In this document: piece by piece, positions 50,775 through 62,730 of the stretch
Layout of the letters: every line of letters starts with the position of its first letter
How positions within the stretch are numbered: position 1 is the first letter of the stretch
Source: Ginglymostoma cirratum
Taxonomy: Eukaryota
Assembly (NCBI GenBank): GCA_024137785.1
Contig: JAHRHZ010000271.1
Span: 21,431,130 to 21,495,129 of the forward strand
DNA: 64,000 bases
Direction of reading: 5' to 3'
Notes under the pieces: model-generated
Seen by the model: the letters and a program-made list of their open reading frames with translations, nothing else
Told to the model about the DNA's origin: nothing
Databases searched by the model: none
Made by a program: the position numbers and the translations under genes

Positions 50775-51559
50775 TTCAAGATATTGATGATGTTTTAGGA
50801 AACAAGTAAGAGTCGTTTTGTCCAACAATCTGATCAATGATGGATTATGAATAAAAATCAATTTGAAATGAGTTATTCCAGATGGATTACACAACCTTTG
50901 CGATCTTTGTCTACCTTAGATCTGTACTATTAAAAAAAGTTAAATGTGACATAAATTACACAATTCTTTTGCAATATTTTATCAGTTCAGTAAATGCACA
51001 CACTGCAGATTTTGGCATAAATTCAAAGACATCTCAACGTGTTTATACCTTATAGGATTCTGCCATTGATAATTGAAAAGCAACAAGTAGGAGGCATTAT
51101 CAAAATAAAAGGCTCAACGTTGGGAACTATGTCAGTGTTGTGTTTGACTCTACGTCAAGTTAATTGCAATGATAATTCAATGGTAAATGTATTTGCAGGA
51201 CTTATTCTGACTGCAGTTAATTACAAGGATTGTGCATGTATATATTTCTATTCTCCTGGTGGTCTTGTTATTAACCTCTCAGAAACCCTACATGTATTCT
51301 CCAAACTTTGGGTTCAAACTTATTTTAATTGTCAAAACATCGCAGCTAAATTAAACCTTAATTCCACCCAGATATTAGCTACCTTTTAAAATAAAAAGGG
51401 ACTTCAAAATTGAAACTAATTTAAAGTGGAAGTGAAGATGCTTTCGCTTCATTATAAATTGCAATAAAATTATCAGGAAATTCTGAAACAAAAGTTTAGC
51501 TCGGTATTTATTTTTCATGGACAGATTGAATCAAAATTGATGATACAAAATGTAAAACT

Positions 51560-51830
51560 TGGAAAAGATGGTTCAAAGGTTGAGTCACTGAGTCTAAGCC
51601 ATGCAGACTAAACGTTACTGCTGATACAGGTTATCTCAGCAAGAGAGTGGTAGGGGCGAGATCTGCTAGTCATGTAAGTACATTGATGCTTGATGAGAGC
51701 ATGACTCAGATTTGGCAGAGATAGCCCATGTGGTTGTATAGGACACTGACACTCATCACCAAGAGTTACAAGTGAAAATGGCCATGAAGGGTAATGTACT
51801 CGAGGACAAGTGCCTCAAAAGGAAGTATAA
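51560..51830 (+). mobile_element. LF-SINE-like ancient SINE
   Basis: 'gactcagatttggcagagatagcccatgtggttgtataggacactgacactcatc...gaaaatggccat' is homologous to the reverse complement of 43900-43990. Confidence 0.4.
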
Positions 51831-52279
51831 CTCAGTAAAAGGAATCACGAATTTCTGAAAAGCACATATTTTTCTATACTATATCTAACGGTCTAATCTA
51901 AAGTTATATCCCCTCCGTGTTCCCTCAACATGACAATATTTAACAACATGTAAATATTAATACATGTATTGTGAAACCTAAAGGGTCACCAAACAACATA
52001 GCACTACACTATATTTGACAGTTTAAAAACTTCTTAGAAGAATAGAGACAAGATTGCCTTCCTATCTTTGAACAACTGCAGAAAGATGAGGATAGATGAT
52101 CTCATCTGGCTGCAGGCTGTCTGCCAGTGCATGTTCACAGATTCCTCTCTGGAGTCAGTCTGCCTCGCCACTCCAATTGTCCCCTGGTGCTTCATCTATT
52201 AAAAAATACGTTGTTCACATTTTGCTTTTGTGTTCTCTTTTGTCTGCACTGCCCCTGTAGTCACAGTGCAGGCACTTAC

Positions 52280-52366
52280 CTGTCCATCGACTAAATGCAA
52301 ACAATACTTCATGACAGCAGTCCCCGTATGAGTCTGATCAGTGCTGCAGTTACAGCTTTCTGTTTC
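52280..52366 (-). other. Candidate 87-nt exon of an unidentified gene
   Basis: Acceptor ctctctttgctccctaatgtAG and consensus donor CAG|GTAAGT. Frame 0 is open: ETESCNCSTDQTHTGTAVMKYCLHLVDGQ. It also ends in ATG GAC AG. Confidence 0.5.
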
Positions 52367-52445
52367 CTACATTAGGGAGCAAAGAGAGCTTTACAACTGA
52401 GAAACCCTGTGTGAGCTCCATCATTTTGAGCGATTAGAAACTTAC

Positions 52446-52700
52446 CCGATAAAACTCTTATCTTTTAAGTGGAGTCAGTAAGAAGTTCCCAGAAGATGTA
52501 GAGTGCAACATAGCTTAGAATTACCGTTTTACATATCAGATGCAACACTGGTGCAACTAGAGACAAGTCAGTCTTTTCTGCAAAGCAGATTGTTCTGAAA
52601 ATCTTTAGGGAAGTAATTGGTTTGCATGGTGCTATTTCTATCATAGGAGAAATCCAAAAGTAGTAGTCTATGATGCAGTCTGCACTCAAGGAAGCTGTGG
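52446..52700 (-). other. Candidate upstream exon (255 nt, or 176 nt using an alternative donor at 52525)
   Basis: Acceptor cttttaattttctttgacAG and donor CGG|GTAAGT, leaving a 79-nt intron to the next candidate. The alternative donor ACG|GTAATT keeps the frame open into the 87-nt exon. Confidence 0.4.
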
Positions 52701-53914
52701 CTGTCAAAGAAAATTAAAAGCCATTTATAGTTTTAAGTGTTGAACTTTATTTTTAAAGTACATTTTAAAGTACATGCTTCAGTTTTGTTTAATGTTACAT
52801 TATTTAATGAACAATTATTCCCCAGGTACCAGTTGATATCCATACCTTTCTGTAGGAAGATTAGGCTCATCAACTCTCATAGTCTGTTAGTGCGACATAT
52901 CACTTTAGTCAGATATAACAGGTCAGTTAAATATGCCGCTGGCAAAGACATGGTGGAACAATTTGCCTTGTAAATACAAATGTTACAAATATTCTAGGTA
53001 TGGAGTTTGTGCAAAGTTGAGACAGTTTGAGTTACTTCAAAGCTGCATTTCACTTGTTTAAATTTGATATTAGTAACTACTTATGTAGATTATACCACAT
53101 AGTCTGCTGTAGTGGAATTGTTCTACTGAAATCCAGGTTTAAAAAAATACTTGAAGTGAATCAACATGGTTAATGGAAAGATTTGTGCAATTGTACAAAC
53201 TAGGTGATCATAAATCAGTAGTATGATTTGGATCTCTCCCAGTTTTATCTTCTCTCAGGGAAAGATATAAAGTGTCCATTTTACACTACCACGCAAAATC
53301 AAAACTGTCTATTTCTTTGCAACTCATCCAGTTGGAAAATGCGGCAAATTCATGTTCCTATTTTGTACTTGATATCACTGGGGCGGGCACTTTGCTTTTC
53401 AGGAGATTTGCCTCCTTTCAAAAAAAAAAGTTCCTCATCAGTGACTTTTTGAAAATCAAATACAAAATCAATTTTAACATCATTTTGATTTTTCTGTTTC
53501 TAAGTTTCAATAAAATGTTTCTTTTTAAGTAGTGAATGTTTATGATATGCAGCAATATTAGTTCAGAGAGTGATTGCATGAAAGAATTAAACTAATATTC
53601 GCAGTTATTACATCATTAGCTAGTATACTTCAGCAATCGTATTTTTTCACCTGTGCCAATTAATTCAGCTCAGGCTCAATAATTCCTCCAAGCCAAATCA
53701 AACAATGATGTCAAGATGCCAATGATTTCCTGAAATGAGAAAACACTACTTATTCCATTAGTCTTTGCCCATACACAGCCTGCTAGCTAATTTAAATTTG
53801 CCATCTAAGTAGCAATTTGGTGGAATCAATTCTGCAGCCATGAGAGATCTTGTCTGATTTCTATTTAATTGAAACCTATGTAATTGGAATTAAGGTGGTT
53901 CTATATGGGCAGGA

Positions 53915-54020
53915 GGAGGGCTGTTGTGATGCAGTGATAGTTTTGCTACCTGTGGGCCAGAAGGTCCAGTTTCAAGATTCATCTGCTCCAGATGAGTAGA
54001 ATAGGTTGATTTAAAAATCA
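53915..54020 (+). mobile_element. Short tRNA-derived SINE fragment
   Basis: 'tgtgatgcagtgatagttttgctacctgtgggccagaaggtccagtttcaag' has A/B-box-like spacing. Confidence 0.4.
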
Positions 54021-54324
54021 CTCTCATGGAGAGGTGACCCACTTCACCAGGTTATCATGCATGCTGAGAGGATGAAAATCACCACTATTTTCATCTGTCA
54101 CCCAACTTAAGTCCATTATGTTTTTAGTCCATTACCCTCACAATATATAATCCATTCCATCATTGATTCTATTATATCTTCAAGTTCCAAAATCCATTGA
54201 AAAAAAATTAAAGTATTTTATTCTTGTATCAAATCCACTTAACAGTAGCTTGCTTTACTCCACAAAGAGTCACTCCAACATCATTTTTTTCTGAACAAAA
54301 GCACAGACTACGAATGGGGGAAAA

Positions 54325-56170
54325 CACTAGCCTGGAATTTTGTTGATTATTGCAGGTCCTGCCTACCTGCAAGAGAACTAGCAAGGAACTCCCATCATTT
54401 CCATCCAAACAATCTCATTCAACCAGTCTATTTTCAGGCACTTAGGTGGCCACTGGCAGGTCTTCCAATCAATGAGGTCTCAATGATGGAAGTGCTTCCC
54501 TGCAAGAGCTGCCAGCTAATCAGATCCTGGCAACTCCTCAAGCTTCAATGATAATGGAAGCAGCAGCTGGTGTCACAATACACCTACTTTAAACCCAGGA
54601 TCACCGTCAGACCTCATGACCAAGATGACAGCGGTGGAATGGGGATTGTTAGGGAAGACGGTCACAGTAGGGGGTTTGTGGCAGGCTTAGATGCAAAGGC
54701 AGGGGCACTTCCACCTTCCAAATGTGAAGTCCCTCAATTAGGCAAAAAGTGCCTCACTACGAGGGGCACCCCAGTTGCCCCACTCCAGGAAGCTGCTGAC
54801 CAATATTCAATGAGTGCAGGAAAGCATTGCAATATAATCTCTGAGTCACCACTAAATTGCTGGGGGTGGGATGGTGAACTGGTGTTGGGCTCTTGGATTT
54901 TATTTAGCAAGTATAACTCCCCAGAGTCAAGCAATCTCTTCCTCGTTTGCTGAGTTTGTGGTGATTAGTTCGCTAGTTACGCTGTAGAGGGCACATTTCT
55001 CAATAACATGCAGCACTGTCTGTGTCTCTGCAGAAGGGTTTTGTACTGAGGCCCCAGTGCTGCAGATTGGCTGAGCATGAGACCTGATTTCTCCTGAACG
55101 TTTTTAGTAGGGAGCACTCACTCTGTGGAAGTTCAAAGCCTGACAGATGGGATTTGTCACAAGAAACTTGTTAATGTCTTCCCTAGTATCTCGTTGCTTG
55201 ATCCATAGGAATTGAGCTGGTGGATCTTGCTCTGAAAATCTGCAAAATCTGAGGTGCTAAGGAGGTGGATTGAACATGCCATTTTGGAGTAGGTAAGTGA
55301 GGTGTGGTCCAGATGGTTTCACACACTTGTGGTTTTCGTCAGTTGGCAGATGCATAGGGGAGTGATGTTTACAAGGGTTGGAAGCCAGGAAAGTGGGTTG
55401 AATGGTAGGGTTTCAGTCCATTCAACTGAATGTTATATTTAATTCAGTGTCAACAAGATGAGCTATAGGGAGAGGCTGAATGGCTAAGTTATTTTCCCTG
55501 GATTGTCAGAGGCTAAAGGGTGACTTTATAGAGGTTTATAAAATCATGAGCAGCATGGATAGGGTAAGTAGCCAGTGTCTTTTTTTCCCAGGGTCAGAGG
55601 TCCGAAACTAGAGGGCATAGGTTTAAGGTGAGAGGGGAAAGATTTAAAAGGGACTCAGGGGCAACTTTTTCACATAGAAGGTAATGTGTATGGAATGAGC
55701 TGCCAAAGGAAATGGTGGAGGCTGGTAAAATTACAACATTTAAAAGGCATCTGGATGGATACATGAACAGCAAGGGTTTAGATGGGCATGGTCAAAATGT
55801 TGGCAAATGGCTCTAGATTTAGTTTTCTGGTCAGCATGGATGAGTTGGACTGAAGGGTCTGTTTCCATGCTGTACAGCTCTATGACTGTGTGCTTGTGTG
55901 TGCGTATGGTGCACACCTGCTGGCTCAAGAATAATGGGCGTCCAAGGGGACATTATTGAGCCTTACTGACATCCTGACATCCTGTTGCTGGAAGCCAGGA
56001 ATCACATGAATTGTCTTCCTATTGAAATGGGAGAGATTTTACAGTTGCTAGGAGATTGACATGGAGCCTCTCTGCAATCAAGTTGGCCCAGGAACCATTG
56101 CTCCCAAAGCAATTAGCTGCATCAAACACACCTATTACCTCTGACCACCTCCAGTGGCTGACAAGAAAAG
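54325..56170 (+). mobile_element. Degenerate Harbinger-related relic interrupted by CR1
   Basis: Terminal 'cctggaattttg' motif and a weak transposase-like remnant (GFQSIQLNV...VC) on either side of the CR1 insert. Confidence 0.35.
55455..55888 (+). mobile_element. CR1 LINE 3' end
   Basis: Closely similar to 46555-46985 ('aaactagagggcataggtttaaggtgagaggggaaagattt...ggactgaagggtctgtttccatgctgtacagctctatgact'). Confidence 0.9.
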
Positions 56171-56589
56171 CACGGTAATCAGAAGGGTCAGTCTTTAAAC
56201 ATAAGGGTGGATAGACAACACAATAATAACTACTTCATCAGATTATGGAAATTCAATTTTAACATTTTTCTTACCTCTATAGGATTTCACCTGTCCCATT
56301 AAAGGCTTTTTTAAACTGCCATTATAAACAGTATTTTTAAAAAGTTATTATTTACACATGTTACAAATTGGCAAAAGCACTGAGCTGATATTTGATATTT
56401 TGTAATGTTTTCCCTTGCTGTGATTATTATAACCACATAAATAAGATTTTCACCGCATAATTCAATCTTTGAGAGATGAAGTTTGCAGCTGGGGCCAGGA
56501 ACTCCATCTACTCATTGACGAAATGTAAGAAGCTCTTCATTTTCTGGAGACAGATGGAGAAATTTCCCAGAGAAGGGGAGGTGGTTTGT

Positions 56590-58260
56590 GTCTGTTTGTA
56601 TGTAAGTGCATGTGGGAAGTTATGCAACCCACCCCTGAAATTCACATTGGGCTGGGTTCAGAACATTGTTCCACCCATTTCCAGATTGCACCAGGGTGGG
56701 ATTCTAAGGCCAGAGTGGAACCATCCTGGTTTTGGTGGTAAACTAATGAGGTTGATCAAAAGTTTCTTTTTAAACCCTGGATTCTGCCTTTCCCAGTCAG
56801 GGCACTTGTTTCCCAAACTGTTAGTCACTCCCTGGGTTCAAAGAGGCATATGCACAGCTGGAAATGAAATTACCAAGCTAGGAGATGATTCTGACAAGCT
56901 ACAGTGTTAGCCATGAAGAGACTGCTCTTCCATGAATTTCTTCTCTTAGACACTGCTGTCACTGCTTAATAGGTGACAGCCAACACATCACCCATCATCT
57001 CTAGCTGCACTTCACTGCTGTCAGCCCTTGCCACCAGGAGTAGCTAATGATGCTTCATCTTACACCTTTGCTGAAGGGAAAGCACTGAAGTCATATCATT
57101 GGCAAATGCAGCGGAAGCAATGCTAGCACCATCTGGCCTCTCCTCAACCAGATACTCCTCCCGATGGCACAGGAGACGAAGACCAAAATCCAGCTAGAAA
57201 AAAGCAAAATTTCTGTCTTTGAGTATAAACGCCGAGGAATAGGTTTCTCAACATGTCTGAGCACAAGCGCCCCAGGAAGGTCAAGGTCTTATAGTAGGTC
57301 ACTGCTGACACCTGCAGCCTCCTGGAATGAGAGCTTTCTCCCAATAGAGTGGGTGGCTTGCATCACATAGCCAACAAAGGTAGCTATCACCACCATCACC
57401 CTCCTGTGTTGCTCCCCACTCACCTCCCCAAGTTTTTGCCTCTTGTCAAGTTGTGTGCCTATTTTCTGCAAGGAGACAAAAACAAATCAGGTGTCTATGT
57501 TTATGTAATGAAATGAACAACACTTCTGAATGGGAATTGTAAAATGTGGATGCAAGAGCACAAATGAAGGTGAATTCAAGTGTGACTGTTCAATTGGGCC
57601 TCGAAAGGGCCTGCAGGTGGAGGATTAAGTGGAGCTGCAAGGTGTGCTGAACTAAGGATTTGGTGTGCAGGAAAATTTGGTGTGCACTTGCTGGGCAAGT
57701 GAGAGTGTGAGACTTTTGGAAGTCTTATGCTCCTAGCTAAAATCTGCTCTTCTGACATTCTGGATCATTTTGGAGCTCACAGTCTCCAGGTTGGAGAAAC
57801 CTTGCTTCTGCTATTCACTTCCTTGACCTAATCCATCCAGACATGCCTGGTTAGATAGACTGTCCTCTTCATCCCATCCAAGAGCAAATTAATTTTATTG
57901 CAACCCCTCAGATTCTACAGCAAGACTTTCAGCAAGAATGAGAGACCAGGGAAGGAGCCTTCACTGTGGATGTTGCAGCCCTAAAAAAATCCAAATGCTA
58001 CCTTATTTTACTTTGTAAAAGTGCTATTTTACTTGGAAATTATCCTGCCTGCTGTTCCTGATCGACCAGGGAATCTACAGGCAGAAGGCTGACACTGTGG
58101 CTCTGGGAAAAAGCCTTGGATAAGCTTGTGAGTTACTTAATTGGCTTCCCAGTCCTCAAATAGTCCTACTGATCTGGCAGCACCTAACTGCAGACAATTC
58201 TGCCCAGAAGTACTGATTGATAAAATTCACCACAACTTCAAACCTTTCCCATTTTCTGCT
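56590..58260 (+). mobile_element. Internally deleted Harbinger relic: transposase N-terminus (+) abutting Myb/SANT exon 2 (-)
   Basis: 57220-57390 (+) gives a frameshifted 'VYKRR..FLNMSEH...VTADTCSLLE.EL.P', like a HARBI1 N-terminus. 57400-57490 (-) has acceptor tgtctccttgcAG and an 'AHN.TRGKN'-like segment similar to 31170-31205. Confidence 0.6.
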
Positions 58261-58324
58261 TAAAAAACATAATTAAAAACAATGCTTAAGCATTTTTCAT
58301 GCACATATTAATTTTGTGAATGCT

Positions 58325-59515
58325 ATAAACATAGAAACACAAAAAAACAGGAGCAGGTGTAGACCACTTCGCCCTTCAAACTTCTGCTATTCAATATGAT
58401 CATGACTGATCATCCACACACTGTATCCTGTTCCCCTTTGCTCCCCATATTCTTTGATCTCTTCAGCCGTAAGAATTATATCAACTTCCTTCTTGAATAT
58501 TTTCAATGTTTTGGCCTCAAGTGTTTTCTGTGGCGGAGAATCCCACAGACTTACCACTCCCTGGATGAAGAAACTCTTCCTCATCTCCTAAATGGCTTAC
58601 CCTGTATCCTTAGACTGTGGCTCCTGATTCTGGACTCCCCATTCGTCAAACATCCTTCCTCAAATAAGGAGACCGAAACTACACATAATACTCCAGGTGT
58701 GGTCTCAAGGTCCTGCACAATTTCAGCAAGACACCCTGCTCCTGTATTCAAATCCACGTGCTATGGAGGCCGACTTACCACTTGCCTTTTTCAGTGCCTG
58801 CTGCACCTACATGCTTACTTTCAGTGATTGGTATAGAAGGACACCAGGTCTCATCGCACCTCCCCTTTTCCCAATCTACCATCATTCAGATAATAATCTG
58901 CCTTCATGTTTTTAAATACCAGAGTCAATAACCTCACATTTATCCTACTAATACTTCATCTGGTATGCATTTGCCCATTCACGCAACTTGTCCAAGTCAC
59001 ACTGAAGCATCTCTGTTTCCTCCTTTCAGCTCACCCTTCCACCCAACCTTTGGGTCATTTGCAAAATTGGATATATTTGATTTAGATCCATCAACTAAAT
59101 CATTGAAATATATTGTGAATAGCTGGGATCAACACACTGATCACTGTGGTAAATCCCTAGTCACTGCCTCCCACTTAGTAAAAAGATCTGTTCATTCTTA
59201 CTCTGATTCCTGTCTGTCAATAAATTCTTCAACCATGTCAGTAAACTATCCTCAATCCTTTGCACTTTAATTTTACATGCTAAAACCTTTGTGGGACCTG
59301 ATCAAAAATGTTCTTAAATTCAAAGTAAACCACATTCACTGGCACTCCCTTATCAACTCTACTAGGGGCATACTTGAAAAATTACAGTGGATTTGTCAAG
59401 CATGATATCCCTTTTGTAAATCCAAGCTGACTCTATCGAATCCTGTCACTATTTTCCAAGCTCTCTGCTTTTATAATGGACTCTAGCATATTCTCCACAA
59501 CTGATGTCAGGCTAC
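58325..59515 (-). mobile_element. CR1 LINE fragment with internal deletion
   Basis: ORF 58387-58584 'RKSFFIQGVVSLWDSPP'. RT remnants at 59000-59500 parallel 38500-39100. Tail 'aacatagaaacac'. Confidence 0.88.
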
Positions 59516-59992
59516 CAATAAAGGAACATAAATCCAGCAATGCCAGGGTTATAGTAATATCTGAAAGTTTACTATGCCCGTACGTTCAAGGGCTCAGAGG
59601 GAAAAAGCATTTAAAAGGTGCTTAGAAATGAATGTACCGGTCACACAGGAGCACTGTTCTGAAGTACACAAAACAAGTCGGAACAGTGTGCGTCATTCAT
59701 AAGTATTACTGGTTTTTCTTTACCCTACTTTGTTATCACCATTGTAAACAGTGTTAGTAAACTTTTATTTTGAGTTGAGAAGCACACAACATAATAACAG
59801 AAAATCAGATAATATTGTTCACTGTGCACAATTACTCAGGGAATGTTTCTCCAGCACTTTTTCATATAGACGGTCTCCATTTATCATGGCTGAAGGAATG
59901 ACACGAGAGAGTAAGGCATGTGCCGAACTGATACATTGTGGATAGAATGGCAGTCAGTTTCTCTGTTTCCTGGGGCTGTTGGAGTGAAGCTT

Positions 59993-60278
59993 TCTTGAAT
60001 TCTTACAGTGCAGAAGCAGGACTTTTGGCCCATTGAGTCCACACCAGCCCTCTGAAGAGAATCCCACCTCATATTTCTGTAGTCTGCATATCCCCTGAAC
60101 ACTAAGGGTAGTTTAGCTTGTCCAATCCATGTAGTCTCCACATCTTTAGACTGTGGGAGGAAACTCACACTGACACAGACAGAATGTTTGACAGAACACA
60201 GACAGTTACCCAAGAGTGGAATCAAACCCACGACACTAGCATTGTGAGGCAGCAGTGCTAACCACCGAGCCACCCTGC
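59993..60278 (-). mobile_element. HE1-type V-SINE
   Basis: Minus-strand head 'ggtggctcggtggttagcactgctgcctcacaatgc...gggtttgattcc', followed by V domain and tail. Confidence 0.88.
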
Positions 60279-61584
60279 TGGCTGAAAACTTGTAGGGAAA
60301 CTCAGGAACCGTTCTATTTCGTAGCTTGCTTTCAACATATTGAAGCCACTATAAGCTAATGTATGAAGGGGAATCAGAAAAGATTTTAACATATTTGAAA
60401 ATAAATGTGTGAGATGTCACACTCTCGGCCTGTAATAAAACTGAAATCAGAAATGTGAACCATGCCATTGGAAAACCTTTATTTTCAGATCTGAACAAAT
60501 ATCAAAAAGATTTGTAGAATTTGTTCACAGGATGTGGGTTTTGCTGGCTAAAGCAATTTTTTTTTTGTCCATCCCTAAAGCAATAAAATTAGACAAATAA
60601 TTAACCGATGCTTAAAACAGCCAACTATGTTACCGGAAATAATACTAAATTAATCTCTCTTGACATATGAAATTTGATCAGCAAAAATCTGAAATGATAC
60701 CAATCCCTATTCAAAAAAAATGCTTCTGGTGTTCAGTAAGAACCTATTCTCCTTTACATAACTTAAACCCAAATACCCCCTCCCCCACTTCCATGTTTTG
60801 CAGAAGGGTGGGGCACTAACGGTTGTTTCTTTACAGCTGCTGTCACTGCCTCTGGGGAATGCAAAATAAGAGAAATAAAGATGGAAAGTGCTACTTCCCC
60901 TGTACTGGAATACTACACCTCTGAGAAGCACCTCCACAAGTGGTTCAGCTGAGAACAAATCGGAATCAAGCCTGGAGGCACACAAGGTTCAAGTATCAGG
61001 CTGAATCAAGACTTGAACTCACAACATCCTGAGCAAGGAGTCAAGTACTCAACTGTCCGAGGTGCCAGGCCGTATCACAGGAGATTTCATTTCCTTTGTT
61101 CTTGGAATTAACTGAAAAACACAAGTTCTGCAATATGTTTTCAATACAACTTGCATATGGTTGTCTTTTAAATTGTACATTGTGTACAGAACATGAACTC
61201 TAATAAAGAAGGCACCAGAATCACCATATTTGTCAACATCGTTCAGAAATACAAATTGCAGATGATTTTTCTTAAAAGCGTTAGTGATGCGGAGACTGCA
61301 ATTCATGCTTATGGATTTCGGTATTTCTTGACTTACACAATGTCTGCATGTAGTTTCTATACCAACAGGCAAAGTATTTAATACCCAAATAAGTAGAGAC
61401 CTGCTTGAGGTGGCCTAAAACGAAATGCCTGAACTATATTCCTGGTTTGGAATTAGTCTCTTGTTCAGGAAATTGGACCCATTTTGTGCCAATTTGTGTC
61501 TATATTTTAATACTCCAGATAGTTGAGTCTATTGCCATTAAAATAATTAAATGTAACATTTTAAAAGTTCTCAGATCACACACT

Positions 61585-61730
61585 AGAGTCATACAGTCAT
61601 ATAGCACAGAAATAGTGCAACCAGTCCATGCCAAACATAATCCCAAACTAAACTAGTCCCAACTCCCTGCTCCTGGCCCATATCCCTCCAAACCTTTCCT
61701 ATTCATATACTTGTCCAAATGTCTTTTTAA
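61585..61730 (-). mobile_element. CR1 3' tail
   Basis: 'gagtcatacagtcatatagcacagaaa...ccatatccctccaaacctttcctattcatatacttgtccaaatgtctttt'. Confidence 0.75.
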
Positions 61731-61989
61731 CTAGCATTTTAAAGTATAAGTGCAGTATAGTAATGGATTGTATTTTCCTCATGGTATAACAGGATGGTCT
61801 TGATGGAATATCAGAAGTATGAAATGAAAATACCAAGATATCTAATCCATACTGCTTGCTGCCCTTCAGTTGCAGATGGCTAATCACTTGTTTTCCAAGT
61901 GCTATCATTTGTTACAGATGCTAAGTTACAACCATCACTACTGCACCCACTTTCTTGTATGGCATAAGCTACCAACAACATAAGGTACT

Positions 61990-62240
61990 TAAAGGAATTT
62001 TTGAAAAGTGCTGGGGAAACCCAGGAGACCTGGTAGATTCTGAGGAGACAGAAACCCTTAATGTTTCAATTCTGATATGACTTTTCTTCAGAAGAGGCTT
62101 CTGAAGAAGTCACATTGGACTCAAAATATTAACGATGTTTCTCCCTCCACAGATGCTGCCAAACCTGCTGAGTTTCCCCAGCATTTTCTCTTTTTATTTC
62201 AGGTTTCCAGCAGCCACAGTTTTTTTTTTTTGCTTTTATT
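61990..62240. mobile_element. Palindromic Penelope pLTR-derived element
   Basis: Left arm 'gaaaagtgctggggaaaccc...' is inverted to 'cacagatgctgccaaacctgctgagtttccccagcattttc'. Centre has back-to-back tcttcagaa and ttctgaaga. Confidence 0.75.
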
Positions 62241-62621
62241 TGTGTAGTTGCAGAAGCTTGCTGTAGTAATGCAATGATCATGAGCACAATAGGAGAACTA
62301 TGTTTGGTGCTTTTCTGTGTTGTTAAACAATTAATTCACCAACAGTACTATTAAACAATACTATTAGACAGATGAATTACATAATTTATTTGCAAACTTT
62401 AATTTGGTGCTTTTCTGTTTCACTCATGTACTGGATATATCTAAAAAGAGAGAAAGAATGAGTGAGTAAATGATATATAGTAAGAAATATAAATCTCCCA
62501 TGGTCTGGTGGACCACAACATGTGCAGGTTTATCAGGCAGCAATGGACTGGATAGGCTTAGTTCCTTGAGAAATTACGTGCGTGTGCGACTGAATGCAAT
62601 GCAATAGGAAAGATGAATAAT

Positions 62622-62730
62622 GCTGAAAAGACAGGCATGTTACTGAAGTTTGTCTTTTTGCACTCATCAGGACAAACACAAGATAGCCACATTTCAACTG
62701 ATCACAGCAATGTATACAAGAGAAAAGATT
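62622..62730 (-). mobile_element. pLTR fragment of the second Penelope family with CTGATGA core
   Basis: Homologous to 44770-44880. Minus strand reads CTGATGAGTGCAAAAAGACAAACTTC (core at 62664-62670, GAAA mutated). Confidence 0.6.

Noticed and set aside
54980-54997. CTCF-like motif gctgtagagggcac
   Set aside because: A single imperfect short match inside a repeat relic, expected by chance in 64 kb.
60707-61381. Overlapping ORFs (92, 107 and 62 aa) and a possible minus-strand terminal exon LIPRTKEMKSPVIRPGTSDS*
   Set aside because: No recognisable domain, and splice signals are inconsistent between strands. Cannot be supported without RNA data.
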